A stretch of DNA of 50,752 nt from Octopus sinensis (GCF_006345805.1 NW_021835337.1:1-50752), one strand, 5' to 3'; shown: positions 23,723 through 36,870, counted from the first letter of the stretch. Numbers and translations are program-made. The notes: generated from the sequence alone by a model not told the origin.

Positions 23723-23729
23723 TGAATCT

Positions 23730-23990
23730 CAAGGTATTGCAGCAAACGGTCCTTACTCTAGACGGGATGGGTGGGGGCTTTAGAACAGTGCAGTGATCTG
23801 TTTTGGGGTTGGTATAACTCTCTATACCAAAGTTTGGTGTCGACCCCTCCAGGATCTTCCATATATATACCACCGCATATCTCTCCCGTCTTCGCCCCAG
23901 GGAGTAGAGTTAAAACTAAAATCGTAACTTTTTCAGTCTCTCTCAGTAGCTCAACTACTCATTGATGCAATCTTGTGTTCCATGGGTTTC
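23730..23990 (-). pseudogene. CR1-like LINE ORF2 C-terminal fragment
   Basis: Minus frame SY*ERLKKL..LYSLGRRRERYAVVYIWKILEGSTPNFGIESY. Confidence 0.7.
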
Positions 23991-25023
23991 ATTATTTATA
24001 TGCACGACGGACTTTTTTCAGTTTCCGTCTACCAAAGGCTTTGGTCGATCCGGGGTTATGGTCCAAGATATTTGTCCTAGCAGTGGGACTGAACCTAAAA
24101 CCATGTGATTGGGCTATATACTAATACATGTTTTTGAAACAAGCTCAGAATAGCGTGGGTGTTGATGTATTTAGTTATAGCTGCCAAGGTCCGCTTCATC
24201 TTTCGTCTTTCTGGTGTGGCTAAAATAAAGTACCAGTCATAAGCTGGGGTTCATCTTAGTGGATTACACACGTCCTGCAAATCTGAGGCCGTTTGGCTAT
24301 GTTAGAAATTCATAATTACGAAACACGTTGAAGGCGGTGAGCTGGCAGAGTCGTCAACGCGTCGGACAAAATGCTTAGCGACATTTCTACCTGTTTTTAA
24401 CGTTCTGAGTTCGAATCCAGCTGAGGTCAGATTTGCCTTTCAGTCTTTAGGAGTCTTTCAAATGAAGCACGGTTAATGTAATCGATTAACCCGAGCTTCT
24501 AAATTTCTGATCTTGTGCCAAAATTGAAAAAAAGCATATTGATAAAATATCGATGAATATTTTAAATATTTTATAATTTATACGCAGTTTGTAGTCTTGT
24601 AGACGATATCTTTTAATGTTTCCGTTTTCAAGGACGGGCAATTGGCAGAATCGATAAGTCATCATGCAGACTGTTTTGCGATATTTGTTCTGATTCTTTA
24701 CGTTTGGATTTCAAATACTGCCGTAATCGACTTTACTTCACATCTTTCCAGGATCGATAAGTATCAGTCAAATACCGTGATCGATATAATTGAATGTTTT
24801 CTCCTACAAAATTTCTTGCTTTGTACAAGCATGGTTGTGTGGTTAACGAGCTTTCTTCCCAATCATATGGTCTTGGGTTCAGTACCTCAGCGCGGCACCT
24901 TGGGCAAGTGTCTTCTTCCAAAGCCTTGTGAGTGGATTTGGAAGACACAACCAAAAGAAGCCTGTTGTGTGCGTGTGTCCGTGCGTCCGTGCATGTGTAT
25001 GTATGTGTGTGTGAGTATGAGCA

Positions 25024-25064
<41 letters not shown>

Positions 25065-25220
25065 GCGAGTCTCTTAATGATTAGGGTGTTGGACACTTGA
25101 TCATAAGATTGTGGCTTCGATTCTTGGACCAGGCAACGCATTGCGCTCTTGCGCAAAACCTCTCATTTCACGTTACTCCAGTCCCCTCAGCTAGCAAAAG
25201 TGAGTCGCCCTACGACAGAA

Positions 25221-25706
25221 TAGCGTCCCATCCAATGGGGGAAGGTACATACTACTGAATCCGGGAAACTAGCCTTATGAGCCTATGGCTCAGGAAGGAC
25301 TTTTGATACATTTTTTATGTATGTTTGTATGTATGTATGTATGTATGTATGTATGTATCTATATGTATGTGTGTGTGTGTGTTTGCTTGTCCCACCACCG
25401 CTTGACAGCCAATGCTGGTTTGTTTACGTCCCTATAAGTTAGCGATTCTGTTAGCGTTCCATCCAATGGGGGAATGTACATGCTACTGAATCCGGGAAAC
25501 TAGCCTTATGAGCCTATGGCTCAGGAAGGACTTTTGATACATTTTTTATGTATGTATGTATGTATGTATGTATGTATGTATGTATGTATGTATGTATGTA
25601 TGTATGTATGTATATGTATGTGTATGTGTGTGTCCGTTTGCTTGTCCCACCACCGCTTGACAGCCAATGCTGGTTTGTTTACGTCCCCATAAGTTTGCGA
25701 TTCTGT
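25221..25706. repeat. Tandem duplication, about 230-250 bp units
   Basis: E-tail, (TATG)n and C-fragment repeated almost identically. Confidence 0.85.
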
Positions 25707-25953
25707 AAAAGAGGAACAGATAGAATAAGTACCAGGCTTTAAGGAAGAAGTACTGGAGTCGATTTTTCGACTGAACTTTTTAGGGCAATGCCCCAGCATG
25801 ACCTTAATTCATTAAAAAAATACTTAATTAAAAAAACAAAAAGACGTTTTATGCAATTCGCATTTCCATAAGTGTTACGGTCGTTATTTTTAACATTTCA
25901 GAATTGTTACTGCCGCCAATGTGACGACAGTTATCTTAAAATGGTGGTGGTAA

Positions 25954-26846
25954 TCGACTTACCCTCTTGCAGATAGTGCTGGCCTTGTGCCAAAATTTGA
26001 AACCAAAAATCTATAGATGTTGCTGTGTGGTAAGTAGCTTGTTTACCAACCACATGGTTCCGGGTTCAGTCCCACTGCGTGGCACCTTGGGCAAGTGTCT
26101 TCTACTATAGCCTCGGGCCGACCAAAGCCTTGTGAGTGGATTTGGTAGACGGAAACTGAAAGAAGCCCGTCGTATATATGTATATATATATGCGTGTGTG
26201 TGTTTGTGTGTCTGTATTTGTCCCCCTAGCATTGCTTGACAACCGATGCTGGTGTGTTTATGTCCCCGTTACTTAGCGGTTCGGCAAAAGAGACCGATAG
26301 AAAAGAGACCGATATAACTTCGGAAAATTAATTGTATTTATAAGAATTTATATAGTTAAAAAAGTCAATCATCTCTCTTTCTCTCTCTTTTACTTGTTTC
26401 AGTCATTTGACTGCGGCCATGCTGGAGCACCGCCTTTAATCGAGCAACTCGACCCCGGGACTTATTCTTTTGTAAGCCCAGTACTTATTCTATCGGTCTC
26501 TTTTGCCGAACCGCTAAGTAACGGGGACATAAGCACACCAGCATCGGTTGTCAAGCAATGCTAGGGGGACAAATACAGACACACAAACACACACACGCAC
26601 ATATATATATATATATATATATATATACGACGGGCTTCTTTCAGTTTCCGTCTACCAAATCCACTCACAAGGCTTTGGTCGGCCCGAGGCTATAGTAGAA
26701 GACACTTGCCCAAGGTGCCACGCAGTGAGACTGAACCCGGAACCATGTGGTTGGTAAACAAGCTACTTACCACACAGCCACATCTATAGATTTTTGGTTT
26801 CAAATTTTGGCACAAGGTCAGCACTATCTGCAAGAGGGTAAGTCGA
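25954..26846. repeat. Near-perfect inverted duplication, arms 25954-26302 and 26488-26846
   Basis: Arms include SINE C, the non-C flank and private variants (CTGTATTTGTCCCCCTAGC). Confidence 0.88.
26385..26781 (-). mobile_element. SINE family C (CORE-like motif, internal microsatellite)
   Basis: GCACCTTGGGCAAGTGTCTT motif; tail GACTGAAACAAGTAAAAGAG. Confidence 0.85.
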
Positions 26847-27010
26847 GTACATCGACCCCAGTGCTCAGCTGGTACTTATTTTATCGAACCCCGAAGGGAG
26901 GATAGGTAAAGGCAAAGTCGACTTCGGCGGCATTTGATCTTAGAACGTTGAGAAGAGATGCTGCTAAGCAGTTTTTCGGCGCGGTAACGATTCTGCCAGC
27001 TCGCCGCCTT
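26790..27010 (-). mobile_element. SINE family A variant with CCTTGTGCCAAAATTTGAAACC tail
   Basis: A head/body, alternative tail; similar diverged copies near 24331-24515 and 37770-37980. Confidence 0.75.
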
Positions 27011-27538
27011 ATGTAGTGGGGACATTAATTACTTAAAATCAAGTAGAGGCGCCAATGTGAAGGATGACCAGATAACTAACTATCGATGTGTGTGGGATGG
27101 TCACATGCCACGTCATTATTTTATAGTTGTATAAAATCTCTATTATTTCCACACCATTCAAAAAAGAAAGGGTTTAAGAAACTAGGATTGTTTGTGAGAT
27201 TAGAAGAAAAAAATAGTTTAAAAAGATTTTTAGTACTGAAGTGTTAACAGATATATAATTTACTAAACATTACTGACAGGACTTGCGCTGAGAACTTTTG
27301 TGTTGTGACTCCTACGCCTTATATGTAACAATAGCCTGTGAAATGGGAAGTTTGGGTGTGTAATAATGCCTCTATGTTAACGTGGAGATACTAAACTGAA
27401 TTTGGGTTTTACCATAACACAAAAAGAATGGATTATAAGGTAAAATTATATCAAGTAAATCTAGCGCATTAAACTGACTACTGAAAAAAAAAAAAGCAGT
27501 GGAGTATGATAATTAGCTGCTTAATAGATAGCTGTGGG

Positions 27539-27917
27539 GTGGAGGCGCAATGGCCCAGTGGTTAGGGCAGCGGACTCGCGGTCATAGGATCGCGGTTTCG
27601 ATTCCTAGACCGGGCGTTGTGAGTGTTTATTGAGCGAAAACACCTAAAAGCTCCACGAGGCTCCGGCAGGGGATGGTGGTGATCCCTGCTGTACTCTTTC
27701 ACCACAACCTTCTCTTACTTCCTGTTTCTGTTGTACCTGTATTTCAAAGGGCCGGCCTTGTCACTCTCTGTGTCACGCTGAATATCCCCGAGAACTACGT
27801 TAAGGGTGCACGTGTCTGTGGAGTGCTCAGCCACTTACACGTTAATTTCACGAGCAGGCTGTTCTGTTGATTCGGATCAACCGGAACCCTCGTCGTCGTA
27901 ACCGACGGAGTGCTTCC
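27539..27917 (+). mobile_element. SINE family B, full length
   Basis: Consensus-like; TSD AGATAGCTGTG. Confidence 0.92.
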
Positions 27918-28202
27918 AGATAGCTGTGTTAGCATACTTAACTAATTATGATAGTATTGATTCGTCCTTGGTTTTATGGTACAAACTTCTCCTTTTAAAA
28001 TGATCAAAATGTCATGTTATGTTACAAACACCAGCTTTTTAATGTCAAAATTCTTCAGTGGTGAAACGTTTGCTTCTCAGCCATACGGTTCTGGATTCAG
28101 TCTCACCGCGTGGCACCTTGAGCAAATGTGTTCTACCATAGCCTCGGTTCAACCAAAACCTTGTGAGCGGATTTGCTTGACGGAAACTGAAAGAAGCCCG
28201 CC

Positions 28203-28260
<58 letters not shown>

Positions 28261-28262
<2 letters not shown>

Positions 28263-28440
28263 GGGAAGCTTTATGAAAATAAACAAAAGACGAAGGCAGG
28301 TGGAATACAAACAAACAATTGTATTAGTATGGCGCTCAGGAATATAAATAAAACAAGTCTTTTACGTTTCGAGCCTACGCTCTTCAACAGAAAGATACAC
28401 AGAAAAGAAATACGGAAAGAAACAAGGAGAGAAAAAAAAA
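28261..28440 (-). mobile_element. Family F hammerhead-bearing repeat, second copy
   Basis: Near-identical inverted copy of 1140-1322; 3' end abuts (TA)n. Confidence 0.7.
28358..28395 (-). ncRNA. Minimal hammerhead-like motif, CUGUUGA variant, intact stems
   Basis: Minus strand: TCTTT-CTGTTGA-A-GAGC(gtag)GCTC-GAAAC-GTA-AAAGA. Confidence 0.6.
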
Positions 28441-28515
28441 TGCGTGCAGAAGCTAGCGAATCAACATTTTAAATTGTTTCAGCCTTAAAGCTGCGGTCAT
28501 GCTGGGACACCACCG

Positions 28516-28604
<89 letters not shown>

Positions 28605-28819
28605 AAAAAGATGTATGGTAAACAAACAAACGACATAACGTATACTGAGTGTACAACCGGACGGGATTTAAAACACAAAAGGTCCCTAATTCTTCATCAG
28701 TTATCAACCAATTGGTAATACTCGGTTTCGCACCATTAATGATAAGACTGAGAGCTTTCCATATTGGCGGTGCCCACAAAAAGAAATTTTTGCGGAGAAT
28801 TCAGGGCCGGGAGCAAAAA

Positions 28820-28862
<43 letters not shown>

Positions 28863-29301
28863 CGCGCGCTCGTGTCTTCGTGTCTGTGTTTTTCTACCTA
28901 CCATCACTTCACAACCGGTGTTACTGTGTTTACGTTCCCGTAACTTAGCGGTTCGGTAACAGAGAATGATAAAATAAGTACCAAGCTTTAAAAAATAGTA
29001 CTGGAGTCGATTCGTTCGACTAAAATTCTTCAAGATGGTGCCTCAGTATGGATGCAGTCTAATCAATGAAACTAAAAGGTAAAAGATATTTTCACTATTA
29101 ATTAAAATAAAGACATTTGTTACCATATTTCAAAAGAAATATGGTAACAAATGGGTTAAGAACAAATTGTAATAAAGGGCAAATGTAAAGAAACAAGTAT
29201 TCACACATTTAGAAGAGGAGCCTTCTTTTTTGTGCTTCATTATTTGACAATTTTGAACACAGACTGTCGTCAATTCCTTCAAATTTTAAAATTTAACTTA
29301 A

Positions 29302-29610
29302 CCCCTTAACAAACAATTATTTTGAAAATAAATGTATTTTTTCAGACATAATTTTTAATTGTTTTATTTTACTATGTTTTGAATGGTGATTTCGAGGTAT
29401 ATTTCAAACCTTATTTATTATGAATTTTAATTCAATAATATTGATTTTAAATTACCGCTTTGGGCAGAAACGAGTTAACCCGTTTTTAGACGAAGGAACT
29501 CGTTTGCTGTCGATTTTGGCGAGTCTATCTTTTGACGAGTTAACTCGCCAGAGATAGAAAAAAAACGATTTCGGTCAAAACGCATATATTCGTTTCTGCC
29601 GGGTAAGGGG
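29302..29610. mobile_element. Possible piggyBac-like MITE
   Basis: TTAA|CCCCTTAAC ... GGTAAGGGG|TTAA; TIR only 8/9 bp. Confidence 0.4.
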
Positions 29611-29642
29611 TTAATAAATAGTACAAAGGGTAAAGGGTAGAT

Positions 29643-29958
29643 ACCCCCTTCGATCATGAATGACCATAGGATTGCACCTAGAAAGATCCTCTCTGAGGTA
29701 CAAATCCGGGCAAGGTTGTTTCATGGAAGTCGCCCATACAATGCCTACCACTCTTCCATCTCCATGCCACCAATGTTATCCAAGGGAAAGACAAAGGCCG
29801 ATTTAAATTGGTACCAATGACATCGCAACTCATTTCTACAGCTGAGTGAACTGGAGCAATGTGAAATAAAGTGTCTTGCTCAAGAACACAACGCACAGTC
29901 CATCCGGGAATCGAACTCACAACCTCATGATTGTGAGCCCCATACTTTAATCATACAC
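29643..29958 (-). mobile_element. SINE family D, diverged
   Basis: Aligns by eye with 21164-21500. Confidence 0.8.
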
Positions 29959-29985
29959 GTGACATCGTCAATATAATATTCTTTT

Positions 29986-30220
29986 CTATTTCTTTACTAC
30001 CCACAAGGGGCTAAACACAGAGAGGACAAACAAGGACAGACAAGCGGATTAAGTCGATTACATCGACCCTCAGTGCGTAACTGGTACTTAATTTATCGAC
30101 CCCGAAAGGATGAAAGGCAAAGTCGACCTCGGCGGAATTTGAACTCAGAACGTAAAGACAGACGAAATATTGCTAAACGTTTCGTCCGGCGTGCTAACGT
30201 TTCTGCCAGCTCGCCGCCTT
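29986..30220 (-). mobile_element. SINE family A, full length
   Basis: Consensus-like reverse complement. Confidence 0.9.
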
Positions 30221-30245
30221 ATCGTCAATACAATATTGTAACAAT

Positions 30246-30830
30246 GGTTGGTTGGTTGGCATCCTTTCTGTCTCGGGAGACAATGGAGTTGCGCACAAAG
30301 TAGTCTAGTCCGGCTCTTATATTTCATGTCCTGATACATTTCCTGCTGTGGCTGTGTAGTCCTATCCTGGACAAACACTCCCTCTGGCAGGTACCGCAAA
30401 TATAGCGAAGACTGTTCCTGGCTGGTTGTAGTGCCATAGTCTCTTGTTTACGTCTCTTCCTTTCTTTCCATTTCTCCTCTCTCTCTCTCTGTCACTCCTT
30501 TGTATTCCCTCTTTTACGGTACGTCGCCATTCTCCACAGTTGCCGGCAACTGCCTCCCAACCGCTAATATTGATGTTGCAGGCCTTCATGTCCCTTTTGC
30601 AAACATCCCTATAACGTAAGATCGGTCTACCCACAAACCTAGTACCCCTAGCAAGATCTCCGTAGAGTATGTCCTTGGGGATTCTGCCATCTTTCATACG
30701 GCTAACATGCCCAAGCCATCTCATACGTCTTTGTGTGAGGAGTGCAAACATGCTTGGTATTCCTGCTTGCCTGAGGACAATATGTGACCTGACATAATAT
30801 TATTATAGTCTTGCCGACGAAATAAGCCAG
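30246..30830 (-). mobile_element. RTE-clade LINE 3' fragment
   Basis: QRRMRWLGHVSRMKDGRIPKDILYG..GRPILRYRDVCKRD, C-terminal SRIGLHSH, short (CAAC)n tail. Confidence 0.88.
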
Positions 30831-31321
30831 TAGAGGGCTTTGAATTAGAACACAAGCAGTCAAAAGAAATTCTGTAAGACTTTCTGTAAGACTTCTACGG
30901 TCTTGTACATCCGCCAGTCCGTCTATAAATAAACTACCCAGGCGTGTTCTATATTCATCGACGGGCGGAACAATGAAAAACAAAGTTTGAGCGAGGACAA
31001 AATCCATAAAGTTAACAGTGCGAAGGAGGACAAAATATCCTCAAGTATATTTTTGGCGGTCGTGTACAATAAGCACGCCACCTCCCCCACATTTTTCTTT
31101 TTTTTACAGATTCTGATTTTCTCGGCAATGATTCCGATTCTGACAAAAATAAGTAAATAAATAAATAAAGTAAAAAAAGGGCATATTTTTTCTAAAGCTA
31201 AATTTTGATGATGAATGAGGTTGAGTTTGTTGTGGTAATTGTGGTTTTATTCTTGGTCACAGTTTTGGCAGTGAGGATGGTGGCAGTAATATTGATGATG
31301 GTGGTGGTAGTAGTGATGGGA

Positions 31322-31653
31322 TGGAAGCACTCCGTCGGTAACGACGATGAGGGTTCCGGTTGATCCGAATCAACGGAACAGCCTGCTCGTGAAATTAACA
31401 TGTAAGTGGCTGAGCACTCCACAGACACGTGCACCCTTAACGTAGTTCTCGGGGATATTCAGCGTGACACAGAGAGTGACAAGGCCAGCCCTTTGAAATA
31501 CAGGTACAACAGAAACAGGAAGTAAGAGTGAGAGAAAGTTATGGTGAAAGAGTACAGCAGGGACCACCACCATCCCCTGCCGGAGCCTCGTGGAGCTTTA
31601 GGTGTTTTTGCTCAATAAACACTCACAACGCCCGGTCTGGGAATCGAAACCGC
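31322..31653 (-). mobile_element. SINE family B, 5'-truncated
   Basis: Lacks first part of head; TSD GTAGTAGTGATG. Confidence 0.9.
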
Positions 31654-32463
31654 GTAGTAGTGATGATGGTAGTGGGGTATAGTGGCCAAGGTGGTGGTAA
31701 TGATGGTGATTATAATGATGGTGATTATGATGATGATGATGAGTGTTTTTGACTTGTAAAACATTTCTTGAAGTTGTAGCGAGACTAATTTCATAATTGC
31801 ATGTCTTAGACTTAAGTAATCCCAAAAGATGCTCAAAGCGTAAGTCTCTAATGATTGGTCATGCGACCAGTCATGTGACGTTGAAATACTTGGTTGAGTC
31901 TGGCATTTCGATTGGTTTAGTCTTACGCGGGATACGGAGCTCGTATCCAATCGCATTGCGCAATAGATCAAAAGTGGCAAATTCTAAATGCTAGCCTGAG
32001 CCTTTTTTTGCCGATAAATAGCATGATAAATGCAGAGAGGAGAGTTTGTTTTCAGGAAGCTATGTCACATTGTTTTTGTTCCTGTTGAAGCACGTGTAAC
32101 CAAATTCGACTGATTTGAAAAGCAAACTAAGTATAAATTTTTACAGATAACTCGTTTCCTGAATTATTTTCACCGTTTTACTTGCAAGTCATGATAAGCA
32201 AGAATTTGTAGTAAGAGGGCCTGACACACACTCCCAGTTAAAATTGGTGGCCCCGAATGAGAACTATCCCTTAAAACTTTTTTTCTAATATGTCTGATGC
32301 AACACCTTAACCATCAGCCGTCCTGCTTGATTCTACCATTCCGAAGACAGCGAAAATCTGGTATATATTTAAACAACGGACCTCATGGAAATCTTGAATG
32401 AATATAGAGGCTGAGTCGTCTAGAAGTTGGTTGCTCATCACGTACCATAATTTTTCCAAGAGA

Positions 32464-32678
32464 GGCGTCCTATCAAGGACAGTGCTACTGACGTTTATAA
32501 CCCCAGGATTAGTATTCCAGCGATTAGTATTGTCCGATTAGTATTTGCGAGGGGAGGTCATCGCTCAAATCTCCCCTCGCAAATACTAATCGGACATAGA
32601 ATATGTGTCATTAGCCAGCTGGAAGAGATGTCTTCCTGGAGCTATAAACGTCGGTAGCACTGTCCTTTATAGGACGCC
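32464..32678. repeat. Nested inverted repeat (45 bp outer arms, perfect 26 bp inner arms)
   Basis: 32531-32556 and 32571-32596 perfect; 32464-32508 vs 32634-32678 41/45. Confidence 0.85.
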
Positions 32679-32737
32679 ACGCTTTGTTGGCAATTATGTT
32701 ACGTTTCCGCATTACTAATGGTTATATCTCACTCAGA

Positions 32738-33123
32738 GTGGAGGCGCAATGGCCAGTGGTTAGGGCAGCGGACTCGCGGTCATAGGATCGCGGTTTCGAT
32801 TCCCAGACCGGGCGTTGTGAGTGTTTATTGAGCGAAAACACCTAAAGCTCCACGAGGCTCCGGCAGGGGATGGTGGTGATCCCTGCTGTACTCTTTCACC
32901 ACAACTTTCTCTCACTCTTACTTCCTGTTTCTGTTGTACCTGTATTTCAAAGGGCCGGCCTTGTCACTCTCTGTGTCACGCTGAATATCCCCGAGAACTA
33001 CGTGTCTAAGGGTACACGTGTCTGTGGAGTGCTCAGCCACTTACACGTTAATTTCACGAGCAGGCTGTTCCGTTGATTTGGATCAACCGGAAGCCTCATC
33101 GTCGGAACCGACGGAGTGCTTCC
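32738..33123 (+). mobile_element. SINE family B, full length
   Basis: TSD ATCTCACTCAGA. Confidence 0.92.
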
Positions 33124-33624
33124 ATCTCACTCAGATTTAATATAACCTTTTTCTCCTTTTTCAAGATCAGCGACAGTTTGTCGCTGGAAACAGCATATAG
33201 TATTTTGTGAGTGAAATGAGTTTTCATCACTAGATGGTGATTAACGATGGTTAACTATCCCAAAACTCAAGTCCGTGTGTATCAGGTAAGGCTAGAGATG
33301 CGAGCAATAACCTCCCCTCGCAAATACTAATCGAGCACAGAATATGTGTCGTTAACCAGCTGGAAGAGATGTCTTCCTGGGGCTATAAACGTCAGTAGTA
33401 ACATTGTCTTTTATAGAAATGCCACAGTTGCTTGACAGTTATATGTTATGATTCCATAATGCTACTGTTTATATCCCGCTCAGAGATTAATATAGCCTAA
33501 TATATTATATATTAATAATAATATATATTATATAGTATTTTTATGGAGGCAACACATCGGAGTCTAAAAGAACATAATTTAGATACACATTCGAAACTTA
33601 TGTAAATATATATATAAATATTCT

Positions 33625-33740
33625 TTATAAAATGGAAATAAAATGGTTCATATTTGGTTGATTAAAAATGTAATGGCATGTATTTATTGACCTTTTTCTG
33701 TCCTTTAAAAATCGGCACGAACTTTCCGGACAACCCAATA
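33625..33740 (-). mobile_element. Mariner-type terminal fragment
   Basis: TA|TTGGGTTGTCCGGAAAGTTCGTGCCGATTT on minus strand, recalled as a mariner-like TIR. Confidence 0.55.
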
Positions 33741-34303
33741 TTTTACACACACACACACACATAAAGGAATACCAAAAATGGGACAAGAACGCAAAACATC
33801 CAGACAGACGATACAAAACAAAAAGGACGGGTCATTCGGAGTTTTCTTTCTTCAGTCGAGTTCCAGATTGTCCTTGCAATTTCACGATTGCTCCAATCTG
33901 GCCACCCCTAGGAAAAACTAAGCTAAGAGCATTATACACACACACACACACACATATATATATATGTGTGTGTTTGTGTGTCTGTATTTTCCCGCACCAT
34001 CACTTGACAACCGATGTTGGTGTGTTTACGTCCTCGTAACTTAGCTGTTCAGCAAAAGACCGATAGAATAAATACTAAGCTTACAAAAGAATAAGTCCTG
34101 GGGTAAATTTGTTCGTCTAAAGGCGGTGCTCCTGCATGGCTGCAGTTAAATGACTGAAAGAAACAAGAAAATACGAAAAAAGAAATGACTCCTACTGGAT
34201 TTGGACATTTGACAAATCTGGAAGAAAAAACTTTTATTTTCCGTCAATGAACACAGAATCGTAAGATTGGGTTCGAAATCCCTTCGTAAAAATTCCATCT
34301 AAT

Positions 34304-34697
34304 AGGCGCAGGAGTGGCTGTGTGGTAAGTAGCTTGCTAACCAACCACACGGTTCCGGGTTCAGTCCCACTGCGCGGCATCTTGGGCAAGTGTCTTCTGC
34401 TATAGCCTCGGGCCAACCAAAGCCTTGTGAGTGGATTTGGTAGATGGAAACTGAAAGAAGCCTGTCGTATATATGTATGTGTGTGTGTGTATGTTTGTGT
34501 TTGTCCCTCTAGCATTGCTTGACAACCGATGTTGGTGTGTTTACGTCCCCGTCACTTAGCGGTTCGGCATAAGAGACCGATAGAATAAGTACTGGGCTTA
34601 CAAAGAATAAGTCCCGGGGTCGAGTTGCTCGACTAAATGGCGGTGCTCCAGTATGACCGCAGTCAAATGACTGAAACAAGTAAAAGAGTAAAAGAGT
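34304..34697 (+). mobile_element. SINE family C, full length
   Basis: AGGCGCAGGAGTGGCTGTGTGGTAAG head to AAAAGAGT tail. Further C fragments near 22893, 24005, 24830, 28060, 28870, 33960, 36014, 37020, 45500. Confidence 0.88.
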
Positions 34698-34716
34698 AAT
34701 ATTGGTCTGAAAATAT

Positions 34717-35050
34717 GTGAAGAAGAGGAATTGGCATCTATATCCAGTGATCGCGGACTTTAAAAAAATCAAGTATGCTGGGTTAACTATTGATACATTT
34801 TGGATTACCATTATAGGAGAATACCCCTCAGTAGCAAAAAGAGCTTTATCCGTTTTGATGCAGTTTTCCACATCGTATTTATGTGAGTTGGGTTTTTCTA
34901 CCCACAATAACATCAAATCCAAAAAGAAAAGAGAGAGAGAGAGAGAGAGAGGCTCCGTTGCATCGAAGAGGAAATGAGGGTTTGTCATTCTCAAATATGT
35001 CCAATATTGAAAACGTTTCCAAAAAACATCAAGTGCATGTTTCTCATTGA
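34717..35050 (+). pseudogene. hAT (Charlie/Buster-like) transposase C-terminal dimerization fragment
   Basis: FWITIIGEYPSVAKRALSVLMQFSTSYLCELGFS..IKSK, then after a (GA)n frameshift EEEMRV..CPNIE..QVHVSH*. Confidence 0.82.
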
Positions 35051-35156
35051 TAATTTTGCTTCATATGTTGAATAAAGAGTAAGTACATGCAATTTTTCTG
35101 TATTTTTAATTATCTCTATATTACTTTGTAGTTTATGCTATACTAATATATATAAA

Positions 35157-35385
35157 GGCGGCGAGCTGGCAGAAACGTTAGCACGCCGGCCGAAATGCGT
35201 AGCCGTATTTCGTCTGCCGTTACGTTCTGAGTTCAAATTCCGCCGACGTCGACTTTGCCTTTCATCCTTTCGGGGTCGATAAATTAAGTACCAGTTACGC
35301 ACTGGGGTCGGTGTAATCGACTTAATTCGTTTGTCTGTCCTTGTTTGTCCCCTCTATGTTTAGCCCCTTGTGGGTAGTAAAGAAA
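35157..35385 (+). mobile_element. SINE family A, full length
   Basis: TSD ATACTAATATATATAAA. Confidence 0.9.
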
Positions 35386-36410
35386 CATATACTAATATAT
35401 ATAAACCCCTTTTGAATAAATTTTAGAATTTATGTACGAAGTGTGTCAAAATATTTTCACTTCTTGTAAAATGATAAAAAAAAGTTTGGAAATCACTTGG
35501 ATTAGCCCGTTGTAAACCTCTAACAGTGCCACTGTTCACAGAGTGTCAAAACTACTGTAGCTCGCCATTACAGTATTGCCTGATTATATTTCAAATCAAA
35601 GCAGGAAACATCAATTAATACAGGATGGAGACATATAGGATTACGAAGATAGGATGGTCACGTCTAGACCACCTTTGAGCATAGTCTAAAAGTAAAAGCA
35701 TCCATGGGAAAGGAGTTAACACAAGAGTAACAAACTGGTTAACTGACCTGCCATATCTCCCTCAAATCTTATCGTACCCTCTTAAAGTAAAGAGACACGA
35801 GATAACGTAATTCTAGAAACACTGAATAAGGCCGGGATGGTTATAGCTGAAAATGTTTTCGATCATAAGGCTGAGTTAAGGCTAAGCAATACTGCGGCAA
35901 CACAGTGTTAAGGACGGAAGTCGGCTGATTCTTTTTTGGTTTTATTTAACAGAAGAATATTAACGCAATATTTTATGTCGATAATTCTAATTGTTTGTAA
36001 TATAATTATACTTAGGCGCAGGCTTGGCTGTGTGGTGAGAAGCTTGCTTCTCAACCACATGACACCTCGGGCAAGTGTCTTCTACTATGGCTACGGGCCG
36101 ACCAAAACCTTGTGAGTGGATTTGATAGACGGAAACTAAAGAAGTCCGCCGGATATATATATAAACACACAGGTTAGTCAAAATAATAGAAACACCTAGC
36201 ATCATAATTTTGAAATATCTATAAAACCGCCAAAAGCTTGTTTATTTTTATGTTTTTTGATTGATTATTATTGTTGCTTAATATGTTTTGCTAAAATTAC
36301 CATTTCATTTTAGATATCATCAGAAAAAGGTAATTAAAATTCGTTCGGGAAGGTGAGAGATTCGTTTACGTTTCGAGCCTATGCTCTTCAAAATATATAT
36401 GTATATTACT

Positions 36411-36627
36411 CTTTTCTCTTTTACTCTTTTACTTGTTTTAGTCATTTGACTGCGGCCATGCTGGAGCACCGCCTTTAGTCGAGCAACTCGACTCCGGGAC
36501 TTGTTCTTTTTGTAAGCCCAGTACTTATTCTATCGGTCTCTTTTTGCCGAACCGCTAAGTGACGGGGACGTAAACACACCAGCATCGGTTGTCAAGCAAT
36601 GCTAGGGGAACAAACACAGACACACAA

Positions 36628-36694
<67 letters not shown>

Positions 36695-36870
36695 CACATA
36701 TATATACGACAGGCTTCCTTCAGTTTCCGTCTACCAAATCCACTCACAAGGCATTGGTCGGCCGGGGCTATAGCAGAAGATACTTGCCCAAGATGTCACG
36801 CAGTGGGACTGAACCCGGAACCATGTGGTTGGTAAACAAGCTACTTACCACAGAGCCACTCCTGCGCCTA
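36411..36870 (-). mobile_element. SINE family C, full length
   Basis: Consensus-like with expanded (TA)n. Confidence 0.88.

Noticed and set aside
27539-27615. tRNA-like sequences at SINE heads
   Set aside because: A/B boxes present but no complete cloverleaf and always continuous with SINE bodies.
28640-28710. CTGATGAAG motif on minus strand
   Set aside because: No GAAAC or cleavage triplet in register.
33820-33875. CTGAAGA...GAAT-GAC hammerhead look-alike on minus strand
   Set aside because: GAAA and NUH not satisfied and stems do not pair; at most a decayed relative.
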